Source: Candidatus Eiseniibacteriota bacterium (GTDB lineage: Bacteria; Eisenbacteria; RBG-16-71-46; JABDJR01). Taken from it: a DNA stretch of 64,000 nt. Location: positions 64,001 to 128,000 of the forward strand of contig CAWANH010000003.1 in assembly GCA_963783375.1 (NCBI GenBank). Direction: 5' to 3'. The position numbers were made by a program, and so were the translations under genes. The notes under the pieces were generated by a model. The model was not told the origin of the DNA and made no database searches. It saw nothing but the letters and a program-made list of their open reading frames with translations. This document shows, piece after piece, positions 1 to 8,677 of the stretch (positions are counted from its first letter, which is position 1; every line of letters begins with the position of its first letter).

Positions 1-194
1 GACGCCGCCTCGGCCGGCGACGCGTAGCCGAAGATGCGGGCGAAGGCCGCGTTGCAGCTCAGGATGCGTCCGTCCGGCGAGCTGACGAAGTCGCCGGTCA
101 GGTCGTCGTCGAAGAACCGGCGGTAGCCGGCGGTGGCGTCCCGGTCCCCGGGCGGATGGGCGGAGGGATCGCGCGAATCGGATGCTTGGTTCAT
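1..194 (-). CDS. PAS-domain sensor protein, 5' part only (runs off the window edge)
   Basis: Manual translation from ATG at 194: MNQASDSRD...YRRFFDDDLTGDFVSSPDGRILSCNAAFARIFGYAS, a PAS S-box start pattern. Same strand as, and just downstream of, the BMC operon. Confidence 0.7.
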   Translation of the reverse strand, partial: MNQASDSRDPSAHPPGDRDATAGYRRFFDDDLTGDFVSSPDGRILSCNAAFARIFGYASPAEAA

Positions 195-236
195 CGTTCG
201 GTCTCGGGAGGCGGGGGAATCCTCACGGGCGGAGGC

Positions 237-509
237 TCACGACGGAACGTCGACTTCGTCCACCACCCCCACGATGACCGCGCGCACCGGACCCTTCGGG
301 TCGCGGGTCACCTGCCGGGCGGAATTTCCCTCGTCGATCAGTAGGACAAGCTCGCCCGCCCCCGCGTCCACGGAATCAAGGGCGATGACGTAGCGGCCGT
401 CGGGTCGGAGCGCGCCGTCCACCCGGTCCACGATGAGGAGCCGTCGCCCCCCGTAGAAGGGGTGGTGCACCGTCGAAACCACGGTGCCGCTGACGCGTCC
501 AAGGAACAT
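237..509 (-). CDS. BMC-P pentamer vertex protein (EutN/CcmL family)
   Basis: MFLGRVSGTVVST...ALDSVDAGAGELVL...AVIVGVVD signature. Confidence 0.95.
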   Translation of the reverse strand: MFLGRVSGTVVSTVHHPFYGGRRLLIVDRVDGALRPDGRYVIALDSVDAGAGELVLLIDEGNSARQVTRDPKGPVRAVIVGVVDEVDVPS

Positions 510-512
510 GGT

Positions 513-782
513 TCAGAGGTCCTCGACGTGGTCCACGATCCCCACGATGGCGTGATCCACGGGAACGAAGGTTTCGGGCAGGGCGACCGCGGCCTCGCGG
601 CCGCCGATGAAATATACCAGCTCTTCGGGGCCGGCCTGGGCGGTGGCGTCGGCGCAGACCAGGAGGTCCCCCGCCGGCTGGAGCGTCCGGTCGAGGGGCT
701 GGACCAGGAGCATCTTGACCCCCTCGAGCCCCTCGCTCTTGACCGTGGCCACCAGGGTGCCGCGCACCCGTCCCAGTTGCAT
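513..782 (-). CDS. BMC-P pentamer vertex protein (EutN/CcmL family)
   Basis: MQLGRVRGTLVATVK...DATAQAGPEELV...VPVDHAIVGIVD. The ATG at 782 overlaps the upstream stop (TGATG). Confidence 0.95.
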   Translation of the reverse strand: MQLGRVRGTLVATVKSEGLEGVKMLLVQPLDRTLQPAGDLLVCADATAQAGPEELVYFIGGREAAVALPETFVPVDHAIVGIVDHVEDL

Positions 783-1408
783 CAGCCTTCCGTCTGGTTC
801 CACTGGGTCGCGAAGCGCGTCCCGGCGATGATGTTCTCGGCCATCTCCTCGTGGAGGCGCGGGATGACCACCTGCTGGAGCAGGTTCCCGGGATCGATCA
901 CCCCGGCGCCGATCTCCACCGCGGCCTCGACGTCGGTCTGCTCCCCCGCGAAGAGACAGAACGCTTTTCCGCCCAGTCCGTTGGCCAGCCGGATCTCCAC
1001 CAGGGACACGCGCGCCCCCTTCATCCCGGCGTCCGCCGCCCGTATCACCGAGGCGGTGGTGCGGGTCTCGATCACCCCCAGGGTGTCGATGGGTCCGGGC
1101 CGGCGCGCCCCCGCCACCGCGTTCCCCACCTCCGGGTGAACGTCGGGGAGGAACAGCCGGTCCACCAGGGACGGCGCGCCCGCGGCCTCGCCCGCGGCCA
1201 GCGCTTCCTCCACGCTGGCCACGTCCCCGTCCACCAGGACGAGGTACTTCCCGGGCTGGACGCTCCCCGCCACCAGGGCCCGGACCGGGGCCTTCTTCAC
1301 CATGGCGTCGCCGGCGCGCATGCCCAGGGCGATGCTCGAGAACTCCAGGAGGCCCACCGCGGGAACGGTGATCCCGGGGGCGAGGTCCGCGGCTTCGATC
1401 GGGTCCAT
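782..1408 (-). CDS. BMC-T tandem-domain shell protein, PduT-like
   Basis: AVGLLEFSSIALGMRAGDAMVKKA...PGKYLVLVDGDVASVEEAL and a second domain TLGVIET...IRAADAGMKGA...IRLANGLGGKAF. Confidence 0.92.
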   Translation of the reverse strand: MDPIEAADLAPGITVPAVGLLEFSSIALGMRAGDAMVKKAPVRALVAGSVQPGKYLVLVDGDVASVEEALAAGEAAGAPSLVDRLFLPDVHPEVGNAVAGARRPGPIDTLGVIETRTTASVIRAADAGMKGARVSLVEIRLANGLGGKAFCLFAGEQTDVEAAVEIGAGVIDPGNLLQQVVIPRLHEEMAENIIAGTRFATQWNQTEG

Positions 1409-1421
1409 GGCGATTCCGTCC

Positions 1422-2858
1422 TCAGACGATCCGGAAGCGGTCCACCAGCACGCAGCGGCGCCAGCGGGTGAAGGTGCGGGCGCGGGTCATCCCCTCGCCG
1501 GTGGGGCTGGCGATGGAGAACGATGTGAACCCCTCGCCTCCCGCCCCGAGGCCGGCCAGGCACGACCCGTTCTTGACGAAGATGGAGCAGTCCATGACCC
1601 GGGCCATGCGGCTCAGGGCGTCCACGTTCCGGGAGTGCATGGTCGCGGTGTGGCGGAAGTTGTGCTCGGCCCGCTTGGCCAGGTCGATCCCCTGGTCCAC
1701 GTCCCGCACCCGGGCCAGCGGCATGACCGGCATCATCTGCTCGGTCCACACCAGCGGGTGATCCACCGGCACGTCGACCAGGATCATGCGGGTCTCGTCC
1801 GGCACGGTGATCCCGATCTCCTTCAGGATCACCGAGGCGTTCTTCCCGATCATCTCCTTCTTCACCACCCCGGGCTTCCCCGGTCCGCGGATCTCGGTGA
1901 AGATCGCCTTCTCCAGCTTGCGGAGCTGCCAGCCGTTCAGCTCGAAGGCCCCCGCCGCCACCATGGCCTTCTTCAGGCGGTCGGCCACCGAGTCCACGCA
2001 GATCGTCTCCTTCTCGGTGGTGCAGACGATCTGGTTGTCGAAGGAGCCCCCGCGGACGATGTCCGCCCCGGCCTTCTCCAGGTCCGCGGTCTCGTCCACC
2101 ACCGCGGGCGGGTTCCCCGGCCCCGCGCAGATGGCCCGCTTGCCGCTGGCCATGGCCTCCTTCACCACCCCCGGCCCCCCGGTGACCAGGAGCAGGTTCA
2201 CGTCCTTGTGGCGCATCAGCTCCTGGGCGCTCTGGATGGTGGGGGTGGCCACGCAGGTGATGAGGTTGGGCGGCCCCCCCGCGGCCACGATGGCCTGGTT
2301 CAGGAGCTGCACCGTCTTGGCCGAGCAGTTCTTGGCGTTGGGATGGGGGTTGAACACCACCGCGTTTCCGGCGGAGAGGATCCCGATGGAGTTGTTGATG
2401 ATGGTGGCGGTGGGGTTGGTGGTCGGAGTGATCGAGGCCACCACGCCGAACGGGGCCAGCTCCATCAGGGTGAGGCCGTGGTCCCCGGTATGGACCAGCG
2501 GCTCCAGGTCCTCGGGACCCGGGCTCTTGTTGGTGACCAGGAGGTTCTTCTCGATCTTGTCCTCGTAGCGCCCGAGGCCGGTCTCCTCCCGCGCCATCCA
2601 GGACAGGAGCTGGGCGTTGTGGCGCATGGCCACCCGCATCTGGGCCACGATGTCGTAGCGGAGCGCGAGGGTGCGCCCGCTCATGTCGCTCTGGGCGGAG
2701 CGGGCCGCGGCGACCGCGCTCTCCACGTCGGCGAAGATGCCGTCGGAGCCCGGCTGGGGGGGAGGCGGCAGAGGCCTCCCCTCCGGGGTGTTCCCCTCGC
2801 GGAGGCCCCCCAGGACCTCGGTGACCGCGCGGTTGATCTCCTCGCGGGAGATGCTCAT
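1422..2858 (-). CDS. CoA-acylating aldehyde dehydrogenase (EutE/PduP family) with N-terminal encapsulation peptide
   Basis: PFGVVASITPTTNPT, VTGGPGVVK, AGPGNPP, GGSFDNQIVCTTEKE (catalytic Cys), TSFSIASPTGEG. N-terminal amphipathic helix REEINRAVTEVLGGL followed by a Pro-rich linker. Confidence 0.95.
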   Translation of the reverse strand: MSISREEINRAVTEVLGGLREGNTPEGRPLPPPPQPGSDGIFADVESAVAAARSAQSDMSGRTLALRYDIVAQMRVAMRHNAQLLSWMAREETGLGRYEDKIEKNLLVTNKSPGPEDLEPLVHTGDHGLTLMELAPFGVVASITPTTNPTATIINNSIGILSAGNAVVFNPHPNAKNCSAKTVQLLNQAIVAAGGPPNLITCVATPTIQSAQELMRHKDVNLLLVTGGPGVVKEAMASGKRAICAGPGNPPAVVDETADLEKAGADIVRGGSFDNQIVCTTEKETICVDSVADRLKKAMVAAGAFELNGWQLRKLEKAIFTEIRGPGKPGVVKKEMIGKNASVILKEIGITVPDETRMILVDVPVDHPLVWTEQMMPVMPLARVRDVDQGIDLAKRAEHNFRHTATMHSRNVDALSRMARVMDCSIFVKNGSCLAGLGAGGEGFTSFSIASPTGEGMTRARTFTRWRRCVLVDRFRIV

Positions 2859-2870
2859 CCGCTCCTCCTG

Positions 2871-3167
2871 CTATTCCTTGGACTTGTCATACACGCGCTC
2901 GGAGTCCACTTCCCAGGTGTCCACGATGGCCATGACCACCGCGTCGCAGGGACGATCCTGGGTGTACCGGGTCTGCCGGGCGCTGGAGCCGGTGGCGAAG
3001 AGGACGACCTCGCCGACCCCCGCCCCCACGCCGTCGGCCGCGACCACGAAGGTCGCGGTGTTCTTTCCGTCCGCGGAGATCTGCCGGAGCAGGAGGAACT
3101 TGAGCCCCTCCAGGGTCTCCTCCTTCCGGCTGGCCACCACGGTGCCCACCACCCGAGCGAGAAGCAT
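2871..3167 (-). CDS. BMC-P pentamer vertex protein (EutN/CcmL family)
   Basis: [16 protein letters not shown]...[22 protein letters not shown]...DAVVMAIVD. Confidence 0.95.
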   Translation of the reverse strand: MLLARVVGTVVASRKEETLEGLKFLLLRQISADGKNTATFVVAADGVGAGVGEVVLFATGSSARQTRYTQDRPCDAVVMAIVDTWEVDSERVYDKSKE

Positions 3168-3224
3168 GGGTTCTCCTTGAGCACGGCGGCCGGGGCGGCG
3201 CCCCGGCCGCGCGCGTCGTGGTTC

Positions 3225-3536
3225 CTACTTGCCCCCGCCCATCTCGGCCTTGGCTTCCTTGGCCCGGCCGAGGGGAAGGGCGATGTCCACGTTGACGTGA
3301 GGCCGGGGGATGACGTGCACGCTCACCACCTCGCCGACCCGTTCCGCCCCGCGGGCGCCGGCGTCGAGCGCGGCCTTGACCGCGGCCACGTCGCCGCGAA
3401 CGATGGCGGTCACGTAACCGCCCCCGATCTTCTCGTAGGACACCAGCTCCACCTTCGCCGCCTTGACCATGGCGTCGGCGGCTTCCACCATCGCCGCGAA
3501 TCCGCGGGTTTCAATCATGCCGAGCGCTTCTGCCAT
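3225..3536 (-). CDS. BMC-H hexamer shell protein (EutM/PduA/CcmK family)
   Basis: [30 protein letters not shown]...[11 protein letters not shown]...HVIPRPH; strong GGAGG RBS. Confidence 0.97.
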   Translation of the reverse strand: MAEALGMIETRGFAAMVEAADAMVKAAKVELVSYEKIGGGYVTAIVRGDVAAVKAALDAGARGAERVGEVVSVHVIPRPHVNVDIALPLGRAKEAKAEMGGGK

Positions 3537-3758
3537 CGCTCCCTCCGTGTTCCTGGGTTCCGGCCGCCGCCGGGGGCGGGACCGATTTTTCGTCGCCTCG
3601 TTCGATCAGGTCCGTACGGCCGTTCCCGTCCTTCGGGCCCGACCCTTCCGAGTTCCTTGGGCCGGCGGGGGGCCCTCCAGAGGGCCGCATGGACCCTCCG
3701 CCTCCCCGTCGGCCGCAAGACGTCCGCCGTCCATCGGCGTCTTCCGGTGTCGTTCCGG

Positions 3759-4388
3759 TCAGCTCTCGCGCCCGGTGAGGCCGGCGATCGCCGCCTCCGC
3801 CGCGCGGAATCCCACGTCGATGTCCCGCTCTTCCCCGCCCAGATAGATCCGCCCGAAGGAGCCGAAGGCCCGCACCTCCAGGATGTTGATGTCCGCCGCC
3901 TTCTCCGCCTCGTTGGCGGCCAGGGCGGCGTAGGCCGCGGGCTCGAGTTCCATCACGTACAAGCTGTGTCCCGGCACCAGCATGTTACCGTGCCGCATCC
4001 GGTTGATGAGCTGGGCCTGGAGCGGATCCACCAGCCGGATGACCTGGCTCGAGAGCACCTTGGGCTTCCGCCGATCGTGCTCCTCCAGGCCCAATGCGTC
4101 CAGGATCGCCTGCCCCGCCTGCCGGACGTCCCCCTGGGAATCGGAGTGCACCTCCAGGAGGCCGTAGAGCCGCTCCACCACCTGCATGCCGGGAAAGACC
4201 CGGGTGGCCTTGACCGCGATGTCGGTGATGCGGTTGATCTCGATCCCCGGGGAGATCTCGACGTAAAGGCAGGCCTGGCCGGGAACCGGCAGGAACCCCC
4301 CCGCCACCGTGCCCAGGAACGCCGCGTGCTGCGGCTGCAGGCTGTCCAAAAAGACGTAGGAGCGCAAGTCGATATTCGTCTTGGCCAT
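3759..4388 (-). CDS. BMC-T circularly permuted, dimerising trimer (CcmP/CsoS1D/Haliangium-type)
   Basis: [20 protein letters not shown]...[19 protein letters not shown]...[14 protein letters not shown]...AANEAEKAA...[12 protein letters not shown]. The start overlaps the deoC stop. Confidence 0.92.
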   Translation of the reverse strand: MAKTNIDLRSYVFLDSLQPQHAAFLGTVAGGFLPVPGQACLYVEISPGIEINRITDIAVKATRVFPGMQVVERLYGLLEVHSDSQGDVRQAGQAILDALGLEEHDRRKPKVLSSQVIRLVDPLQAQLINRMRHGNMLVPGHSLYVMELEPAAYAALAANEAEKAADINILEVRAFGSFGRIYLGGEERDIDVGFRAAEAAIAGLTGRES

Positions 4389-5458
4389 CAATAAGGTCCT
4401 TTCGAGACGGGGCCGGCCACCGTCTCCCCCTCGGCTTCCTTCACGATGCGGACCCCGGCCGAGGCCCCGATGCGGGTGGCCCCCGCCTCGATCATCCCCA
4501 GGGCGTCCACGTAGTTCCTGATCCCGCCCGCCGCCTTGACCCCCATCCCCGGTCCCACCGTGGATCGCATGATGGCCACGTCGCGGATGGTGGCCCCGCC
4601 GGAGGCGAAGCCGGTCGAGGTCTTCACGAACTCGGCGTGGGCGCGCTTGGCCAGGAGGCAGGCCACGACCTTCTCCTCGTCGGTGAGGAGCGCGGCCTCG
4701 ATGATCACCTTCACCAGCACCGACGACTCGTGGCAGGCCTCCACCACCGCGCGGATGTCCTCCTCCACCAGGTCGTAGTCCCCGCTCTTGAGCGCCCCCA
4801 CGTTGATCACCATGTCCACCTCGCGGGCCCCCTCGCGGATGGCCTTGCGGGCCTCGAAGGCCTTGGCCGCCGGGGTGGTGGCCCCCAGGGGGAATCCCAC
4901 CACGGTGCAGACCACGGCCTCGGCCCCGGCGAGTTCCCGGGCGCAGAGCTTGACGAAGCTCGGGTTCACGCACACCGAGGCGAAGTGGTACTGGCGGGCT
5001 TCGGCGCAGAGCTTCTTGATCTGCTCCTCGGTGGCGTCGGGCTTGAGGAGCGTGTGGTCGATGTAGCGCGCGATGTCCCGGGGGACGGCGTGGCTCCCCG
5101 GGGTGCCGCTGAAGCGCGAGGCTCCCGCGGCCACGAAGGACCGCATGGTCTCCGGGCTCTTCTGCTCCGGGGTGGCGCTTCGGGCCCGGTCCTCGGAGTC
5201 GGCGGGGTTCGGATGCACGAACGCGGGCTGGGTGTGGTGTCCCCTGGCCGTGGGCGCGCGCGCGGCGGGAGGCTCGTAGGGCCGGTAGGAGCGCTGGTAG
5301 GCGGTGAGGTCGGCGGCGCGGTCGGGCCGGTCCGCCGGGGACTTGCCGGGGGCATCGGTCGCGGCCGGCGGGGCGTTCGGCGTCTCGCCCCGGGCCTCGC
5401 GGAGCCGGGCCATCACCTCCTGGGTGATCCGGTCGACCAGGGCGTCCCGTTCGCTCAT
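4388..5458 (-). CDS. deoC: Deoxyribose-phosphate aldolase with N-terminal encapsulation peptide and long linker
   Basis: [59 protein letters not shown]-terminus [19 protein letters not shown] overlap with rpiB. Confidence 0.96.
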   Translation of the reverse strand: MSERDALVDRITQEVMARLREARGETPNAPPAATDAPGKSPADRPDRAADLTAYQRSYRPYEPPAARAPTARGHHTQPAFVHPNPADSEDRARSATPEQKSPETMRSFVAAGASRFSGTPGSHAVPRDIARYIDHTLLKPDATEEQIKKLCAEARQYHFASVCVNPSFVKLCARELAGAEAVVCTVVGFPLGATTPAAKAFEARKAIREGAREVDMVINVGALKSGDYDLVEEDIRAVVEACHESSVLVKVIIEAALLTDEEKVVACLLAKRAHAEFVKTSTGFASGGATIRDVAIMRSTVGPGMGVKAAGGIRNYVDALGMIEAGATRIGASAGVRIVKEAEGETVAGPVSKGPY

Positions 5459-6045
5459 CGGACCCTCGCCCCCGCCCCGTCCAGGGCGTCGATCTTGGCC
5501 ACCCGCCTCAAGTGGCGCTCCTCGATGCAGTCGGTGGAGAGAAAGGTCTTCACGATCTGGCGGGCCAGGGCGGCCCCGATCAGCCCCGCCCCCAGGGTGA
5601 GCACGTTGGCGTTGTTGTGCTCGCGGGCGTTGTTGGCGGTGGAGAGGTCGTAGCAGAGGGCGGCGCGCGCCCCGGGCACCTTGTTCGCGGCCATCGAGGA
5701 CCCGATCCCCGCCCCGTCCACCATGATGCCGAAGGCGCACCGTCCTTCGGCCACTTCCCGGGCCACCGCCGCCGCGAAGTCGGGATAGTCCACCGCCTCG
5801 GTGGAATGGGCGCCCATGTCCACCGCTTCCCAGCCGATGGTGGGGAGGAACCGCTTCAGGTCCTCCTTCATGGGGAAGCCGCCGTGGTCGGCGCCGACCG
5901 CCACCCGCCGGGCGGCGGTCCCGCCGCTCCGGGGAACGGTCGCGTCGCCGGGGTTTCCCCCTCCCGACACCACCCGCTCCACCACCGAGCGCACGAGGCT
6001 TTCCAACTCCCGATCCTGCAACCCGTCCTCCTCGACTCGATCCAC
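5455..6045 (-). CDS. rpiB: Ribose-5-phosphate isomerase B with N-terminal encapsulation peptide (start may be TTG at 6021)
   Basis: [59 protein letters not shown]-terminus [14 protein letters not shown]. Confidence 0.95.
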   Translation of the reverse strand: MDRVEEDGLQDRELESLVRSVVERVVSGGGNPGDATVPRSGGTAARRVAVGADHGGFPMKEDLKRFLPTIGWEAVDMGAHSTEAVDYPDFAAAVAREVAEGRCAFGIMVDGAGIGSSMAANKVPGARAALCYDLSTANNAREHNNANVLTLGAGLIGAALARQIVKTFLSTDCIEERHLRRVAKIDALDGAGARVR

Positions 6046-6098
6046 AATGCTCGACCCGCGCGGCCGCGAAACGCGCCTTGCCGCGGGGTTGGTCGGCT

Positions 6099-6127
6099 AG
6101 GATACTACAAGCCCTATGGGGTGTCCA
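6099..6127 (-). promoter_or_regulatory. Candidate sigma70 promoter of the BMC operon
   Basis: Minus strand TGGACA-N17-TATCCT in the divergent intergenic region upstream of rpiB. Confidence 0.4.
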
Positions 6128-6213
6128 CGCAACGCCTTGGGCGGGCGGGACGTGGGAACCGGGCGCGGCTGCGCCCGGGGTTCACGCGGCGGACATCGGA
6201 TAGGAGGCGAAGC

Positions 6214-6978
6214 ATGACCCTGAAACTCTCGTTCGCCGGGCGGGTCGCCCTGGTGACCGGCGCATCGCGGGGGATCGGTCGCGCGGCGGCGATCGCCCTG
6301 GGGCGGGCGGGGGCCCGGGTGATGGTGGCGGCGGGGACGGCGCGGGACCTGGCCGAGTCGACCGCCTCGGCGGTCCGCGCCGCCGGCGCCGAATCGTCGG
6401 TGGTGGTCGGGGATCTCTCCGACCCCCGCACCCCCGAACAATACGTGGAGGCCTGCCGCCGGGCCTTCGGCGGCCTCGACATCCTGGTCAACAACGCGGG
6501 GATCTGGGAGGAGGAGGCGATCGGCGAGGTCACCCCCGAGGGGCTCGAGCGCACCCTGGCCGTGAACCTCAAGGCGGCGCTTCTCCTCTGCCGGCACGCC
6601 GCGCCGCTTTTGGCCGCGTCGGCGGCCGGGCGGATCGTGAACGTGTCGTCCACCGCGTCGCTTCTCGGCGAGCCGTTCCACGCGGCCTACGCGGCCAGCA
6701 AGGGAGGGCTCGACGCCATGACCCGCTCCCTCGCGGTGGAGCTGGGGCCCTCGGGGATCACCGTGAACGCGGTGGCGCCGGGGTGGACGGCCACCGACAT
6801 GGTGTCCGGGGAGCTGGAGAGCGAGGCGGGGCGGGCGCTGGTGGCTTCGGTTCCGCTCCGGAAGATCGCCACCGCCGACGACGTGGCCCTGGCGATCGTG
6901 TTTTTCGCTTCGGACTGGGCCGGCCACGTGAACGGGGTGGTGCTCCCGGTCGAGGGCGGCTACCGCATCCGCCGCTAG
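6214..6978 (+). CDS. Short-chain dehydrogenase/reductase (FabG-like)
   Basis: VALVTGASRGIG, LVNNAGI, YAASK, VNAVAPG; AGGAGG RBS. Confidence 0.93.
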   Translation: MTLKLSFAGRVALVTGASRGIGRAAAIALGRAGARVMVAAGTARDLAESTASAVRAAGAESSVVVGDLSDPRTPEQYVEACRRAFGGLDILVNNAGIWEEEAIGEVTPEGLERTLAVNLKAALLLCRHAAPLLAASAAGRIVNVSSTASLLGEPFHAAYAASKGGLDAMTRSLAVELGPSGITVNAVAPGWTATDMVSGELESEAGRALVASVPLRKIATADDVALAIVFFASDWAGHVNGVVLPVEGGYRIRR

Positions 6979-6986
6979 GAGATCCC

Positions 6987-7592
6987 ATGGCCTTGAAGCA
7001 CGCCGACGGCATTGCGCGCTGCCCCTGGGTGAGCGACGACCCGATCTACGTGGCCTACCACGACACCGAGTGGGGGGTGCCGGAACGCGACGACCGCGCG
7101 CTCTTCGAGAAGCTGGTGCTGGACGGGTTCCAGGCCGGGCTCTCCTGGATCACCATTCTCCGGAAGCGCGAGAACTTCCGCCGGGCCTTCGACGGGTTCG
7201 ACCCCGAGCGGATCGCCCGCTACCGCGCGGCCCGGGTGGAGCGGCTCCTGGCCGATCCCGGGATCGTCCGGAACCGCCAGAAGGTCGAGGCCACGATCCG
7301 GAACGCGAAGGCTTATCTCGCGTTCCGGAAGGAGCACGGGAGCTTCAGCGATCACCTGTGGGGGTTTGTCGGGGGGGCGACGGTGGTGCACGACCTCCGG
7401 AAGCTCTCGGACTACCCGGCCCGGAGCCCGGAATCCGAGGCCATGAGCAAGGACCTGGTGAAGCGCGGCTTCGGCTTCGTGGGCCCGACGATCTGCTACG
7501 CGTTCATGCAGGCGGTGGGGATGGTGAACGACCACGCGGTGGATTGCTTTCGGAGGAGGGAGTTGGGGGGGAGGGGGGGGAGGCGGGGATGA
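6987..7592 (+). CDS. tag: DNA-3-methyladenine glycosylase I
   Basis: RCPW...YHDTEWG...LFEKLVLDGFQAGLSW...GIVRNRQK...FVGPTICYAFMQAVGMVNDH..C. Confidence 0.96.
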   Translation: MALKHADGIARCPWVSDDPIYVAYHDTEWGVPERDDRALFEKLVLDGFQAGLSWITILRKRENFRRAFDGFDPERIARYRAARVERLLADPGIVRNRQKVEATIRNAKAYLAFRKEHGSFSDHLWGFVGGATVVHDLRKLSDYPARSPESEAMSKDLVKRGFGFVGPTICYAFMQAVGMVNDHAVDCFRRRELGGRGGRRG

Positions 7593-7644
7593 AGGGGAGG
7601 TGGCTGTGGGGATCGAGCGGGAAGGCGCCCGGGGCGGGTGGCGT

Positions 7645-7941
7645 CTAGACCTCTCCACCCCGCGTCCAGACCGCCGGATCGCGCCGCGCGTGAAACACCC
7701 CGAGCACCACGACTTCTTCGGGTTCCAGCAAGTAGAAGACGCCGTAAGGGAAGCGCTTCAAGAGAGCGCGCCGGACCGGTTCCATGATCACCGCGTACAG
7801 CAGGGGGTCCCTGGAAACCCTTTCCAGGCACTCGTTCAACGAGGCTCTGAACTCCCGCCCAAGTCCGGGGGACGGTCCTCGGTACCAGCGAAACGCATCG
7901 CGGATGTCTCCCTCGGCGGCTTCGGTGATTCGGAGTTTCAA
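7645..7941 (-). CDS. RelE/ParE family toxin
   Basis: AEGDIRDAFRWY...GLGREF...VRRALLKRFPYGVFY...VVVLGVFHARRDP. TTG start overlaps the antitoxin stop. Confidence 0.9.
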   Translation of the reverse strand: MKLRITEAAEGDIRDAFRWYRGPSPGLGREFRASLNECLERVSRDPLLYAVIMEPVRRALLKRFPYGVFYLLEPEEVVVLGVFHARRDPAVWTRGGEV

Positions 7942-8156
7942 GATTCGTCCAGAGAGTCCCGTACTTCCTCCCAGGACCGACCCTGCTTAGGGTGAGCCCG
8001 ATAGTCAGCGAGGCGACGTTCAAGCTCAGCCTTCTGCGCTTCGGTCAGCGGGATGGATTCCGGATGGACGGCGAGGCTATCCCAAATCTCCTCCAGCAGA
8101 TGGAGGCGTTCCGCGACGCTGAGTCTCAGGATATCCTTCAGGCTAATTGCCGACAT
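7938..8156 (-). CDS. Addiction-module antitoxin (TIGR02574-like)
   Basis: LSVAERLHLLEEIWDSL...LTEAQKAELERRLADY...SWEEVR. Confidence 0.9.
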   Translation of the reverse strand: MSAISLKDILRLSVAERLHLLEEIWDSLAVHPESIPLTEAQKAELERRLADYRAHPKQGRSWEEVRDSLDES

Positions 8157-8281
8157 GACGCCATTCTACATCCTCGGAGGCCGGTCCACCAAGCCGACCG
8201 CGCCGCCCGCCCCTTCAGCCTCGTGTCCAAGCGCCCCCAAGCGCCGGTGGGACCAAGCGTTCTGGCGAGGATCATACTTAT

Positions 8282-8303
8282 TAACCTGATACGTATCTGG
8301 TTA
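8282..8303. promoter_or_regulatory. 22-bp near-perfect palindrome, probable higBA operator remnant
   Basis: TAACCTGATAC|GTATCTGGTTA (one mismatch), 10 bp upstream of the higB-like start. Confidence 0.5.
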
Positions 8304-8313
8304 CACGCGCCGC

Positions 8314-8424
8314 ATGGACATTCAGACCTTCCGGCACAAGGGCTTGGAGAGGTTCTTCACCTCGGGCTCAACCGGTAGATACAGTTCGACCTCTGGCATG
8401 AGAAACAGGGAAGCCAGAAGTTGA
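8314..8424 (+). pseudogene. higB: Truncated HigB (plasmid maintenance killer) toxin
   Basis: Manual translation MDIQTFRHKGLERFFTSGSTG matches the HigB N-terminus; similarity is lost after about 21 codons and a stop follows at codon 37. No higA follows. Confidence 0.7.
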
Positions 8425-8458
8425 ATGGCAACCGGTTGACCGCCCGACCCGACGCTCC

Positions 8459-8592
8459 GCTCAACACGCAGGATAACCTGCAAGGCGACTTGGCGCGGGC
8501 TTGGCCCGCGCCGCATCCCAGATCGATCTTGGGCACCCTGCAGCCAAGACCGTGCCAAGTTGGTTTGTCAGCTTCATCCCGCTGTTAGCTGG
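8459..8592 (-). mobile_element. Integron attC site
   Basis: Minus strand CCAGCTAAC-AGCGG-GATGAAGCTGAC...CTTGGCACGGTCTTGGC...GCCAAGCCCGCGCCAAG...GCAGGTTATC-CTGCGT-GTTGAGC, showing R''/L''/L'/R' boxes, extrahelical bases and an inner stem. Confidence 0.75.
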
Positions 8593-8677
8593 GCGGCAAG
8601 GGGTGCTGCTGAGGCAAATGCGATGGTGCTGGTGCGGCATGCCTGCGGGTTCGCTCCGGATATGGCCTGCTGTCTTC

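Noticed and set aside
1302-4394. 1030-aa plus-strand ORF and other long antisense ORFs (10905-13286, 22457-24793, 34035-36074, 44064-47552)
   Set aside because: Shadow frames of well-supported genes in GC-rich DNA; no motifs and biased composition
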